DNA from: a virus
Taxonomy: Duplodnaviria > Caudoviricetes
Strand: one strand, 5' to 3'
Length of the DNA stretch: 25,362 nucleotides
Virus record (IMG/VR): IMGVR_UViG_3300025288_001465
In this document: in pieces, positions 16,303 through 24,654 of the stretch
How positions within the stretch are numbered: position 1 is the first letter of the stretch
Layout: every line of letters starts with the position of its first letter
Translations under genes and position numbers: made by a program
Notes under the pieces: model-generated
Databases searched by the model: none
What the model was told of the DNA's origin: nothing
What the model saw: the letters and a program-made list of their open reading frames with translations, nothing else

Positions 16303-17866
16303 TTTTCCTTTCAATATAAAATTATCTGCAATTGACAAAATTTCAAGTCCACTTCAGTCAATTGGAAGAAATATTAAGGCTTTAAATGACCCTATAAAGC
16401 GCGTTCAGGGAAGCTTTAAGGTCTTTGCTCTCAAAGCAAAGAGTCAGCTCAACAGGCTCAATTCTGCAACGAATCAATTTAAACAAGGTCTAGGCAACAT
16501 TAGAAGCGCTTTATTGCCAGTTGGTGTTGCTCTTGGGGCTGCCGGTGCTGGTATTTTAGCAATCACAAAAAGTACTGCAAACTTTGCTGATGATCTTGCC
16601 AAAACTTCAGCAAGGGTTGGCTTGACTGTAGAAGAACTCCAAAAATATGCATTTTCTGCAAAACTTGCCGGAGCCAATCAGGAAGATTTCAATAAAGGAG
16701 TCGTCCGCTTTGCTCGTGTTATCAGCGATGCAAACAGTGGTCTTGTTACTGCCAAGAGAGGTTTTGAAAGAATAGGAATTGATCCAAGTAAGATCAAAAA
16801 TATGAATGAGGGGGTTTTAGCTGTAGCCGATGCTTTTTCACAAATGCCAGATGGGATTGCAAAAACAACTGCTGCTCAAGAACTTTTTGGAAGAGCAGGA
16901 ACGAAACTTATCAATCTTCTCAATCAAGGGTCAGATGCTTTAAAGGCCCAGGGTGTTGAACTTGAAGAGCTTGGATTTTTACTCGATAAAGAAGCAACGA
17001 CAAAAGCTGAAGATTTTAACGATACGATTTTTAGACTGACAACAGTTTTTAGTGGTTTTAAAATTTTGCTTGGAACAGAACTCATTCCTATTGTTACTGA
17101 TATTGTAAAGAGAATGATAGAATGGACGAAACAAAATAAAGCTCTTATCAGAGAAAAGGTAGTTGAGTTTGTAGAAAAACTAAAAGAAGTCATATTGAAA
17201 CTCAGAGATATTGTTCCCATCTTATCACAAGCTTTCAAGTTTTTAAAAATAGCAGGAGTTGCTCTTAGTGTTCTCATTGCTGGTAAACTTATTGTTGGAA
17301 TTGTTCAGCTTGGAAGCGCTCTTGTAACAATTATTTCTGTTATGAAGTCTCTTTTTTTTCTCTTAAAGACAAATGGAATATGGCTTGTAATAGCTTCTGT
17401 TGCTGCATTAGCTGCCATTGCTTTCTTGGTGATTAAAAATTGGGAGAAGGTCAAGCAGACATTCATAAAACTTTGGGATTCTCCAATAGGAAAGTTGATT
17501 CAATTCATAACTCCCATTGGTTGGCTTATCAGCGCTGCTGGTCTCGTAGTTAAAAATTGGGAACAAGTGAAAAGTTTTTTCACTGATCTTTGGGATGGCC
17601 CTATCGGTTCATTTCTTCGGACAATAGGCTCTGGAATTGCAAGTGGTTTTAATTTTCTTACTGGGAATGCTTTTGCTGGGAATAATCAGCAACCAAGCAC
17701 ACCTCAAGCGAGTGCAATCGGTAGTAATATTATCAACAGAACAACAACTAACAATGCGAGAGTGGGGGTTGATTTTACGAATATTCCACCAGGAACACGG
17801 ATCAATCCTATTCAGAACGATGGAATTTTAGATTTGAGCGTGGGCTTGGCTGCGCTTCCGCAATAG
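16295..17866 (+). CDS. Tape measure protein
   Basis: L.AIDK.S.PL N-terminus, ELFGRAG..L..LL..G, hydrophobic middle, two 39-aa KNWE.VK..F..LWD.PIG repeats; GAGGAG RBS, GTG start. Confidence 0.92.
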   Translation: MADFPFNIKLSAIDKISSPLQSIGRNIKALNDPIKRVQGSFKVFALKAKSQLNRLNSATNQFKQGLGNIRSALLPVGVALGAAGAGILAITKSTANFADDLAKTSARVGLTVEELQKYAFSAKLAGANQEDFNKGVVRFARVISDANSGLVTAKRGFERIGIDPSKIKNMNEGVLAVADAFSQMPDGIAKTTAAQELFGRAGTKLINLLNQGSDALKAQGVELEELGFLLDKEATTKAEDFNDTIFRLTTVFSGFKILLGTELIPIVTDIVKRMIEWTKQNKALIREKVVEFVEKLKEVILKLRDIVPILSQAFKFLKIAGVALSVLIAGKLIVGIVQLGSALVTIISVMKSLFFLLKTNGIWLVIASVAALAAIAFLVIKNWEKVKQTFIKLWDSPIGKLIQFITPIGWLISAAGLVVKNWEQVKSFFTDLWDGPIGSFLRTIGSGIASGFNFLTGNAFAGNNQQPSTPQASAIGSNIINRTTTNNARVGVDFTNIPPGTRINPIQNDGILDLSVGLAALPQ

Positions 17867-17873
17867 GTAAACT

Positions 17874-19112
17874 ATGGTTTGGACAGATCAATTACGACCA
17901 GCTTCATTTCGAGGAATTCAATTTTTAATTGATAGCCATGATTTCTCTGGTGGTAGGCGGACAACTACGCATCAGTTTCCCGAACGTGACGAGCCCTACA
18001 CAGAAGACATGGGTCGTGAGGCGCGTGAGTATTCAATTCAATGTCACATCCTTGGAGATAATTACTTTCAAACACGTGATGCCCTGATAAGAGCATGTGA
18101 GAAGCGTGGTGAAGGTATTCTTGTTCATCCTTATCTTGGGAACCTCAATGTTGTTTGTACCGGTTTTTCTTTGAAAGAAGATACACGAGAAGGAAGGATT
18201 GCAACATTCAATATCAGTTTTGTAGAGGCGGGAAAATTTCAATTCCCCTCAACAATTCTCAATAACAGTCAAAACATTATTGATAAAGCCGAGGCTGTTT
18301 TAGACCTTTCAAAAAGGGTGTTCTCAGATTCCTATAATTTAGTTCTAGCCCCTGGTTATATGGTGTCTTCTGCATCAAGCACGATTGTGAGTTCACTTGA
18401 TTTAATCAGGGGAAGCTTTAAGGCAATTCATTCGCCTTTGGATTTTGCATCTACAGTACAACAAAATCTCACAAACATTGAACGAAATGTTGACTCTCTT
18501 GTAACACAAAATGGCTCATTGTCAGACTCACTTTCTACAGAGATACAAAACGTAGCCGATACAACTGATAGGAAAAAAAGTGCTCTCGACTTTTATCTTT
18601 CGCTTGATTCATTCGGGGATGATTTTGCTGAAATTCCTACACTTACCCCAAATAGAGTTCGTGAAGCTCAAAATAGAGAGGCTTTGAGGAGTCTTATTCG
18701 TCAGACGGCTGTGGCTATGGCTGCAAAATCATTTATTCGTGAGGCTAAACAGGTTTCTGAGGGAAATGTAAATCTTCTGAGAGATGGTTTTAAATCACTG
18801 AATGAAGCTGAAGAAGCAAGGCAGAATATTGTGGCCATTCTTGAACGTGAAATGAATTCGGTTGTTGATGATGATTATTTTGTTGCTCTTAGTGACTTAA
18901 AGGCATTGCTGCGAGCAGTTATGCCAAATCCAGGAACAAGTCTTGCAAGTATCGCAGAATTTACAACCGACATCACTACACCTTCGTTGATTCTTGTCTA
19001 TGATATTTATGAATCTCGTGACTTAGAGCAAGACATTATTGATCGAAACAAAGTGAGGAATCCTGCCTTTATCCCTGGAAGGTCATCATTGGAGGTGTTG
19101 GCTCATGGTTAA
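17874..19112 (+). CDS. DNA circularization protein (Mu gpN-like)
   Basis: W...LRPASFRG..F, GRR...H.FP.RD.PY.EDMGR, G.LVHPYLG, FVEAG, RN.VRNP.FIP. Confidence 0.93.
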   Translation: MVWTDQLRPASFRGIQFLIDSHDFSGGRRTTTHQFPERDEPYTEDMGREAREYSIQCHILGDNYFQTRDALIRACEKRGEGILVHPYLGNLNVVCTGFSLKEDTREGRIATFNISFVEAGKFQFPSTILNNSQNIIDKAEAVLDLSKRVFSDSYNLVLAPGYMVSSASSTIVSSLDLIRGSFKAIHSPLDFASTVQQNLTNIERNVDSLVTQNGSLSDSLSTEIQNVADTTDRKKSALDFYLSLDSFGDDFAEIPTLTPNRVREAQNREALRSLIRQTAVAMAAKSFIREAKQVSEGNVNLLRDGFKSLNEAEEARQNIVAILEREMNSVVDDDYFVALSDLKALLRAVMPNPGTSLASIAEFTTDITTPSLILVYDIYESRDLEQDIIDRNKVRNPAFIPGRSSLEVLAHG

Positions 19113-20211
19113 CATCCCAGCAATTATACAAGACGGACGTGAGATTGAAAATTCAGTTTCACTTGTCATTGACAACAGAGTGTACCACGCATGGGAAAAT
19201 GTCAGTGTAGCAAAAAGTATGACTCAAATCTCTGGAAGTTTTTCAGTTAATATTTCTGATCGTTGGAGGCAAGAAAATGCCCAGTGGCCCTTAAAGCCAG
19301 GTAAGAATGTTGGGGTTTATGTTGGAAAGCAACAGATCATCAATGGGTATATTGACAGCCTCAATGCAAATTTTGATGCAAGCACCAGAACTATTACACT
19401 TACGGGAAGAGATAAGACAGGTGACTTAGTTGATTGCTCTGTGATTGATCCCCCAGGTGAATTTCGAGGATTAAACCTACAAGAGTTAGCAAAACGATTT
19501 CTTTCTCCTTTTGGTATTCAATTGAAAGTGGAAACAGATATTGGCGCTGCTTTTGACCCATTTACTATTAAGCAAGGAGAGTCAGTTTTTGAAGCGTTAT
19601 CACGGGCTGCAAAAATACGGGGCGTATTGCTTATTTCAGATGAAAATGGAGACCTTGTTCTTACGAGAAGAGGTTCAAGAAAAAGTAATACAGCTCTTGT
19701 TCAGGGTGTGAATATTTTAAAAGGTTCGGTGAACTATGATAATTCAAAAAGGTTTAGTAATTATTTTATAAAAGGTCAGACAGCGGGGACGGATGAATTT
19801 CATGGAAAAAATGCAGCCAGTTCTCGTGGTACTGCACAAGATACAGGAATTGTTCGTTATCGACCATTGCTTGTCATTGGTGAGACATCTCTCAATACAA
19901 CAGAGTCACAAAAACGTGCAGAATGGGAGGCAAGTGTTAGAGCTGCTGAAGGTGTTACGCTGGATATTGAAGTAGCTGGTTGGCAAAAAAGAGATGGAAC
20001 ACTTTGGAAGGTGAATGAACTGGTTGATGTTGATTGTAAAATGTTGGGTATCACCAGCGAAATGCTGATGAACAATATTACGTTCACAAAATCAAACAGT
20101 GGAGGAACAGTAAGCCAAATGAGCTTGGGACGACAAGATGCGTTTGAACCTGAGTCAGTTATTGAAAAAGAGAATGATCCTATCGAAAAGTTAGGATGGA
20201 AGGATTCGTAA
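19105..20211 (+). CDS. Baseplate hub protein (Mu gp44/gpP-like)
   Basis: W..V.V, GYID, GRDKTGDLVDCS, GE.VFE.L.R.A, G.NIL, RFS.Y..KGQ, RYRP, GW...DG.LW..N. Confidence 0.94.
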   Translation: MVNIPAIIQDGREIENSVSLVIDNRVYHAWENVSVAKSMTQISGSFSVNISDRWRQENAQWPLKPGKNVGVYVGKQQIINGYIDSLNANFDASTRTITLTGRDKTGDLVDCSVIDPPGEFRGLNLQELAKRFLSPFGIQLKVETDIGAAFDPFTIKQGESVFEALSRAAKIRGVLLISDENGDLVLTRRGSRKSNTALVQGVNILKGSVNYDNSKRFSNYFIKGQTAGTDEFHGKNAASSRGTAQDTGIVRYRPLLVIGETSLNTTESQKRAEWEASVRAAEGVTLDIEVAGWQKRDGTLWKVNELVDVDCKMLGITSEMLMNNITFTKSNSGGTVSQMSLGRQDAFEPESVIEKENDPIEKLGWKDS

Positions 20212-20906
20212 TGGCAGACCTCTTGGATTTTTTTAGAAGAGCTGTTCAGCCACTGAGAAATCGCATTGCGATGATGGTTAGCAGAGCTGTAGTAAGCGCT
20301 GTGAATGATACAACAAAAATGCAGCTCATGAAGATGGAGTTGTTTGCTGATGAAATAAAAGACAAAGTTGAAAGGTTTCAAAATTACGGATTTACGAGTG
20401 TTCCATTTGTTGGTGCTGAAGGAGTGGTTGTTTTCCCCTCTGGGAATAGAGAGCACGGTTTAATTGTTGCTGTTGATGACAGACGCTATCGCCTCAAAAG
20501 CTTACAACCAGGTGAAGTGGCGCTTTATTCAGATGAGGGAGATTTTATAAAGTTAAAACGAGGAAAGACGATTGAAGTCAATACTGCGACTTTCCGGATC
20601 AATGCATCGCAAAAGGTTGAAATAAATACGAATGACTATGAAATAAATGCTCAACAAATTACAGCGGTGGCACCTCTTGGGACGACATATACAACGCCAT
20701 CGTTTGGAATAAGTGGTGGTTTGAGTTCAGGGTTTGGAGGAGGCGGAGGTATCAATGCCTTCTTCTTTGGAGGAATAGTAGCTGTGCAAGATATTGAAAG
20801 TCAAAATGTTGGTACGGGATTACAGGAAATTAAAAACACCTTCAATGCTCACAATCATCCTGGTGATAGTGGTGGACAAACAGGTGTTCCAAACCAGAAT
20901 TTATAA
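20211..20906 (+). CDS. Baseplate central spike (Mu gp45/gpV-like)
   Basis: VERFQNYGFTSVP, G.R.H......DD.RYR...L..GEVALY; C-terminal HNH (HxH iron-binding) PGDSGG.T..P; ATG overlaps the hub stop. Confidence 0.94.
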   Translation: MADLLDFFRRAVQPLRNRIAMMVSRAVVSAVNDTTKMQLMKMELFADEIKDKVERFQNYGFTSVPFVGAEGVVVFPSGNREHGLIVAVDDRRYRLKSLQPGEVALYSDEGDFIKLKRGKTIEVNTATFRINASQKVEINTNDYEINAQQITAVAPLGTTYTTPSFGISGGLSSGFGGGGGINAFFFGGIVAVQDIESQNVGTGLQEIKNTFNAHNHPGDSGGQTGVPNQNL

Positions 20907-20908
20907 TT

Positions 20909-21382
20909 ATGAGTGATATAGGACTATCGTTATATATAAACAATCAGGTTGTCATTGACCTTGACGTTCTGAGTTCTGGCTTGAAATTGGAAGATGGTTT
21001 GAGAACGGCCGTACTCATTTCACTTTTTACCGATCAACGAGCTGAGGAGAATGAGCTTCCTTTTGGTCATGATGATAAACGTGGCTGGTGGGGAGATATG
21101 ATCTCACAAGTTGAAGGCGATGAAATTGGCTCAAAACTCTGGATTCTTGAACGAAATAAGCAAACGCAACCAACTCTTAATGACTTTGAACAATTTGCAA
21201 GAAAAAGCCTTGAGTGGATGATTGAGGATGGTGTTGCATCTAATGTGGAAGTTGTTGCTCGCTATCCTGAACGAGAAATCATTTGTCTGAATATTAACAT
21301 CACTCGGCCTTCTGGTGATGCTGAACGATATGAAGTGCTTTGGAATTTTGAGAAAGATGGGGTGATAATCAATGCCGTTTAA
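20909..21382 (+). CDS. Baseplate protein, Mu gp46-like
   Basis: L.TAVLISLFTD.RA, RGWWGD, GSKLW.L.R.K, L.W..EDGVA. Confidence 0.94.
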   Translation: MSDIGLSLYINNQVVIDLDVLSSGLKLEDGLRTAVLISLFTDQRAEENELPFGHDDKRGWWGDMISQVEGDEIGSKLWILERNKQTQPTLNDFEQFARKSLEWMIEDGVASNVEVVARYPEREIICLNINITRPSGDAERYEVLWNFEKDGVIINAV

Positions 21383-22847
21383 CAGACCATTGTTACCGTC
21401 AATTGTGACACGAGTTCAAAATGATATTCGTGAAGGACTTGGGATAGCATCAATTTTACGACGTAGCGTGGAAGATGCTATTGCTAAAGCAATAGCAGGT
21501 GTTTCTCATATGCTTCATGGTCATCTTGATTGGCTTTCACGACAACTCATACCAGATACAGCCGAAGATGAGTTTTTGGAACGTTGGGCAAGTGTGTGGG
21601 GACTTTCAAAAAAAGCTGCAACCTTTGCCCGTGTTGAGGTGAAATTCACAGGAGATGTAGGGAGTATCATTCCACAAAATACAATCATAAGACGTTCTGA
21701 TAATGTTGATTATCAAACAGATGCGGAAGGAGAAATCCCTGCTGGCGTTGTTGGCGCACAAGAAATCACCGACTTTACAACATTAGCTGACGTTGGTGGC
21801 TCTTTAGATGGAACCTACTTTATTCTTTATGATGCTGATGGTTCTGCGGGTGTTTGGATTGATATTGATAACTCAGGAACGCCCGCACCAGTTCAGGCAC
21901 TACAACAAGATAGAAATGTTGAAATTACCACAATCAATGCAAATGATGATGATGCGACAGTTGCAGCAAAAATTGCGGCCGTCCTGGATGTAGATGATGC
22001 TTGGTCTGCGAATGCTATAGCCAATGTTCTTACGATTACCGATGCACAAAATGGAGTACGAGAAGATGCAAATCCAGGTGATACCTTTTTCATTATCAAT
22101 GTCACTCAACAAGGTGTTGATGAAGTCATCGAAGGAGAAATTATCGTAGAGGCTACAGCCGTAGTTGCAGCGGAAAATGGAAATGTTGTTGATGGCAGTA
22201 TCTTACAGCTTGTTGCTCCTATCGTTGGAGTTGATGCAAACGTGACAGTTAATGACACCATTCAAGAGGCAGAAGATCAAGAAACAATAGAACAGTTGAG
22301 AGAGCGTTTGCTCCAGAGAATTCAACAGCCCCCCGCTGGTGGAGCCGTTCGAGATTATGTTGCATGGGGTTTAAGTATTGCGGGTATTACGCGAGTTTGG
22401 GTTGGTCCAGGTTGGTTTGGTTTGGGAACGGTTGCAGTATTCGTGGTTGAAGATGGTGAAACAAATATTATTCCTGACGCTGCAAAGGTTCAAGAAGTTC
22501 AAGATTACATTGATACCGTTCGACCAATTACTGCTGATGTGATCGTTTTTCCTCCCACACCTGCACCACTGGATTTTATGATAGCACTTCAGCCAAACAC
22601 GCAAGCTGTTCGAGATGCCGTTACACAAGAATTAAAGGACTTGATAGCGCGAGATGCACAGGTTGTTGGAACATTCAAAACTCCAAATTTGATTCATGAT
22701 GGAACAATTTTACTCAGTAGAATCAATGAGGCGATTAGTTTAGCTGTTGGTGAAGAGGATCACAACTTGCTCGCACCTGTAGTAAATTTTCAACCAAATG
22801 CAGGTGAAATAGCAGTTTTAGGGACGATTACATGGCAGAATCTGTAG
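21372..22847 (+). CDS. Baseplate J / Mu gp47-like wedge protein with an internal ~135-aa insertion
   Basis: PF.RP.L, Q..PDTA..E.L.RW, E...LR.RLL.RI..PP.GG...DY..W, G.GTV, RP.TA, LG.ITW; 491 aa. Confidence 0.93.
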   Translation: MPFNRPLLPSIVTRVQNDIREGLGIASILRRSVEDAIAKAIAGVSHMLHGHLDWLSRQLIPDTAEDEFLERWASVWGLSKKAATFARVEVKFTGDVGSIIPQNTIIRRSDNVDYQTDAEGEIPAGVVGAQEITDFTTLADVGGSLDGTYFILYDADGSAGVWIDIDNSGTPAPVQALQQDRNVEITTINANDDDATVAAKIAAVLDVDDAWSANAIANVLTITDAQNGVREDANPGDTFFIINVTQQGVDEVIEGEIIVEATAVVAAENGNVVDGSILQLVAPIVGVDANVTVNDTIQEAEDQETIEQLRERLLQRIQQPPAGGAVRDYVAWGLSIAGITRVWVGPGWFGLGTVAVFVVEDGETNIIPDAAKVQEVQDYIDTVRPITADVIVFPPTPAPLDFMIALQPNTQAVRDAVTQELKDLIARDAQVVGTFKTPNLIHDGTILLSRINEAISLAVGEEDHNLLAPVVNFQPNAGEIAVLGTITWQNL

Positions 22848-23392
22848 GATTACAAAAATTTAAGGCGCTAATGCGAAAACTGCTTCCACGCGGAAAAGCT
22901 TGGAATAAGGAAGATGGAAGCGCGATTTCGCTTCTCACTGATTCAATGGCAGTTGAGTTTTGCAGAGTTGAAGATCGTTATATTCAACTCCTAGTAGAAG
23001 CTGATCCAAATCGTACGCTTGAGCTTATTAGTGATTGGGAGAGATATTTAGGTTTACCTGATGCTTGTGTAGATGATCCTGAAAGTCAGACATTAGACCA
23101 GAGAAGAGATCAGATTAAACAGAAGCTAGCAAACAATAATAGGCAAAGCAGACAGTTTTTTGAGGATTTACTGGAAGGTTTTGGATTTGATGAGGCTGAA
23201 TTTGAAATTATTGAATGTCGTGTTTCTCGGTGTGGTGAAGCAAGGTGTGGTGATGCTCGCTCAACCGGACTTGAGTGTATGTTTGTGATTGAAATCAATC
23301 TACCAGTGCAACCAGACGATTTATATATGCTCTGTAAAATTCAAGAACTGAAACCGGCTCATACTTTTGTTGTGTTTAATTTTGGGGGTTAA
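22832..23392 (+). CDS. Baseplate protein, Mu gp48 / YmfQ (DUF2313)-like
   Basis: LLPRGKAW, EADP..T.EL..DWE..LGLPD.C, C.I..LKPAHT...F. Confidence 0.93.
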   Translation: MAESVGLQKFKALMRKLLPRGKAWNKEDGSAISLLTDSMAVEFCRVEDRYIQLLVEADPNRTLELISDWERYLGLPDACVDDPESQTLDQRRDQIKQKLANNNRQSRQFFEDLLEGFGFDEAEFEIIECRVSRCGEARCGDARSTGLECMFVIEINLPVQPDDLYMLCKIQELKPAHTFVVFNFGG

Positions 23393-23394
23393 AA

Positions 23395-24162
23395 ATGAAA
23401 CGTGTAGATGCTGATGGTCATGTCGCCAATTTATTTGAAGACAAAGATGCTCAAGGTGGTTTGCCAGGAACGCTATTTGAAAAAACATGGCATAATAACG
23501 TACAAGAAGAAATTGTAAGTGTTATTGAAAATCAAGGTATTGCGCTCAATGGGAATATCTTCACCCAACTTGATGCTGCCATATCACTCAAAATCATCAA
23601 TGAAAGTCTTTTCGATCACGGTCAACTCGGTGGTTTGGCCGATGATGACCATCCTCAATATATTTTGGCAAGTGGCGCACGTGCTTTTACCGGTCCAGCT
23701 TCAATGGGTAATAATCGTATCAATAATGTTCTAGACCCTGCTGTTGCTCAAGATGCAGCTACAAAAAACTATGTCGATTCCCTTCAAGTTGGTACATCAA
23801 GAATAAGATTCACAGCTGATGTTAATGGTGGAACGATCGTAGTGTTATCTTCCAATAATATTGCTGGCGTTCCTACTCTTGTGACTGATGATAATAACTC
23901 TGGTATGACGTTCAATATAGTTTTTAACAATGATTTCGCAGATGCGAATTATATTATTCAAGGAACAGCATTAGGGGTACGAGATGTAATAGCTAGTAGG
24001 TATAGACAACAAATTATTTCTTACTCTAATGTTCAAGCTGGAAGTATTGATGTGAATGTAACTATCCATGAAGATGATAATAATGGTAACGTGAACTGCG
24101 TAAATTCTGATGACAATATGGCATACGACATTTCAATTATCTGTACCGGACAGTTAGCATAG
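23395..24162 (+). CDS. Short tail fibre protein (Mu gp49/S-like N-terminus)
   Basis: MKRVD...F......G..GT.....W.N.VQEEI..VIE..GI.L......QL..AI baseplate-anchor motif; DAATKNYVD fibre motif; beta-rich C-terminal domain. Confidence 0.85.
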   Translation: MKRVDADGHVANLFEDKDAQGGLPGTLFEKTWHNNVQEEIVSVIENQGIALNGNIFTQLDAAISLKIINESLFDHGQLGGLADDDHPQYILASGARAFTGPASMGNNRINNVLDPAVAQDAATKNYVDSLQVGTSRIRFTADVNGGTIVVLSSNNIAGVPTLVTDDNNSGMTFNIVFNNDFADANYIIQGTALGVRDVIASRYRQQIISYSNVQAGSIDVNVTIHEDDNNGNVNCVNSDDNMAYDISIICTGQLA

Positions 24163-24171
24163 GACTACAAC

Positions 24172-24225
24172 TTAAATCCTAACACCCATTAGTTTATTTT
24201 TAGCTTTTTCTTTTTGTGTCACACT
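24172..24225 (+). promoter_or_regulatory. Putative late promoter with upstream activator box (copy 2 of the 27-bp element)
   Basis: TTAAATCCTAACACCCATTAGTTTATT at 24172-24198, identical to 10383-10409; TGT-CACACT extended -10-like box with the hexamer at 24220-24225, the same 21-nt offset as in copy 1. Confidence 0.65.
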
Positions 24226-24248
24226 TTCCTCAAAAAGGGGCTCCGACC

Positions 24249-24647
24249 ATGAAGAAAAAGCTCATTACTTTTCTGATATTTACATTTTTATCCCTTCCTG
24301 CCTTTGCAGTTATTAACTACCCACTAGAAAATAGAACTGCGGCACCTATTTTCGAGTGGGCTTTGGATTTGAACAATGGCTCTATTACCATTGCTGCAGC
24401 TGGTGCACTTGATCGTCAGCAAATGCCAGATTTACAAGCAACATCATGTACCTTTCAATCGGGAATCAACAACCAAGGAAATATTTACATCGGCGGTTCA
24501 ACGATCACGAATGCAATTGGGACCAATGAGGGGCTCCATATTGTGTCTACTGGCACGATCAGCAATGTCACGGTCAATGGAAATGCAAATAAAATTTGGA
24601 TTGCCGGAGATAATATCGGGGACGTGATAAAATATCTTTGTAATTAG
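24249..24647 (+). CDS. Secreted beta-rich hypothetical protein (132 aa) with Sec/SPI signal peptide
   Basis: ATG 24249 with AAAGGGG RBS; MKKKLITFLIFTFLSLPAFA|V has basic n-region, hydrophobic h-region and AxA site; mature part has N.GNIYIG.S and IWIAG...GD.I motifs. Confidence 0.8.
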   Translation: MKKKLITFLIFTFLSLPAFAVINYPLENRTAAPIFEWALDLNNGSITIAAAGALDRQQMPDLQATSCTFQSGINNQGNIYIGGSTITNAIGTNEGLHIVSTGTISNVTVNGNANKIWIAGDNIGDVIKYLCN

Positions 24648-24654
24648 GCAAATT

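Noticed and set aside
17433-17562. 13-bp direct repeat TTAAAAATTGGGA at 117-bp spacing
   Set aside because: Explained by the ordinary 39-aa Trp-containing tape measure repeat.
23210-23280. Cys-rich RCGEARCGDAR segment in the gp48-like protein
   Set aside because: Corresponds to the usual R.G.SR.GD loop of this family.
13789-24162. Tailocin / eCIS / T6SS-like element with secreted effectors
   Set aside because: Intact terminase, portal, capsid and replication genes are contiguous, so this is a phage tail.
24216-24248. GTG start at 24216 for the first exported protein
   Set aside because: No SD, overlaps the putative -10 box; ATG 24249 has an SD and exposes the signal peptide.
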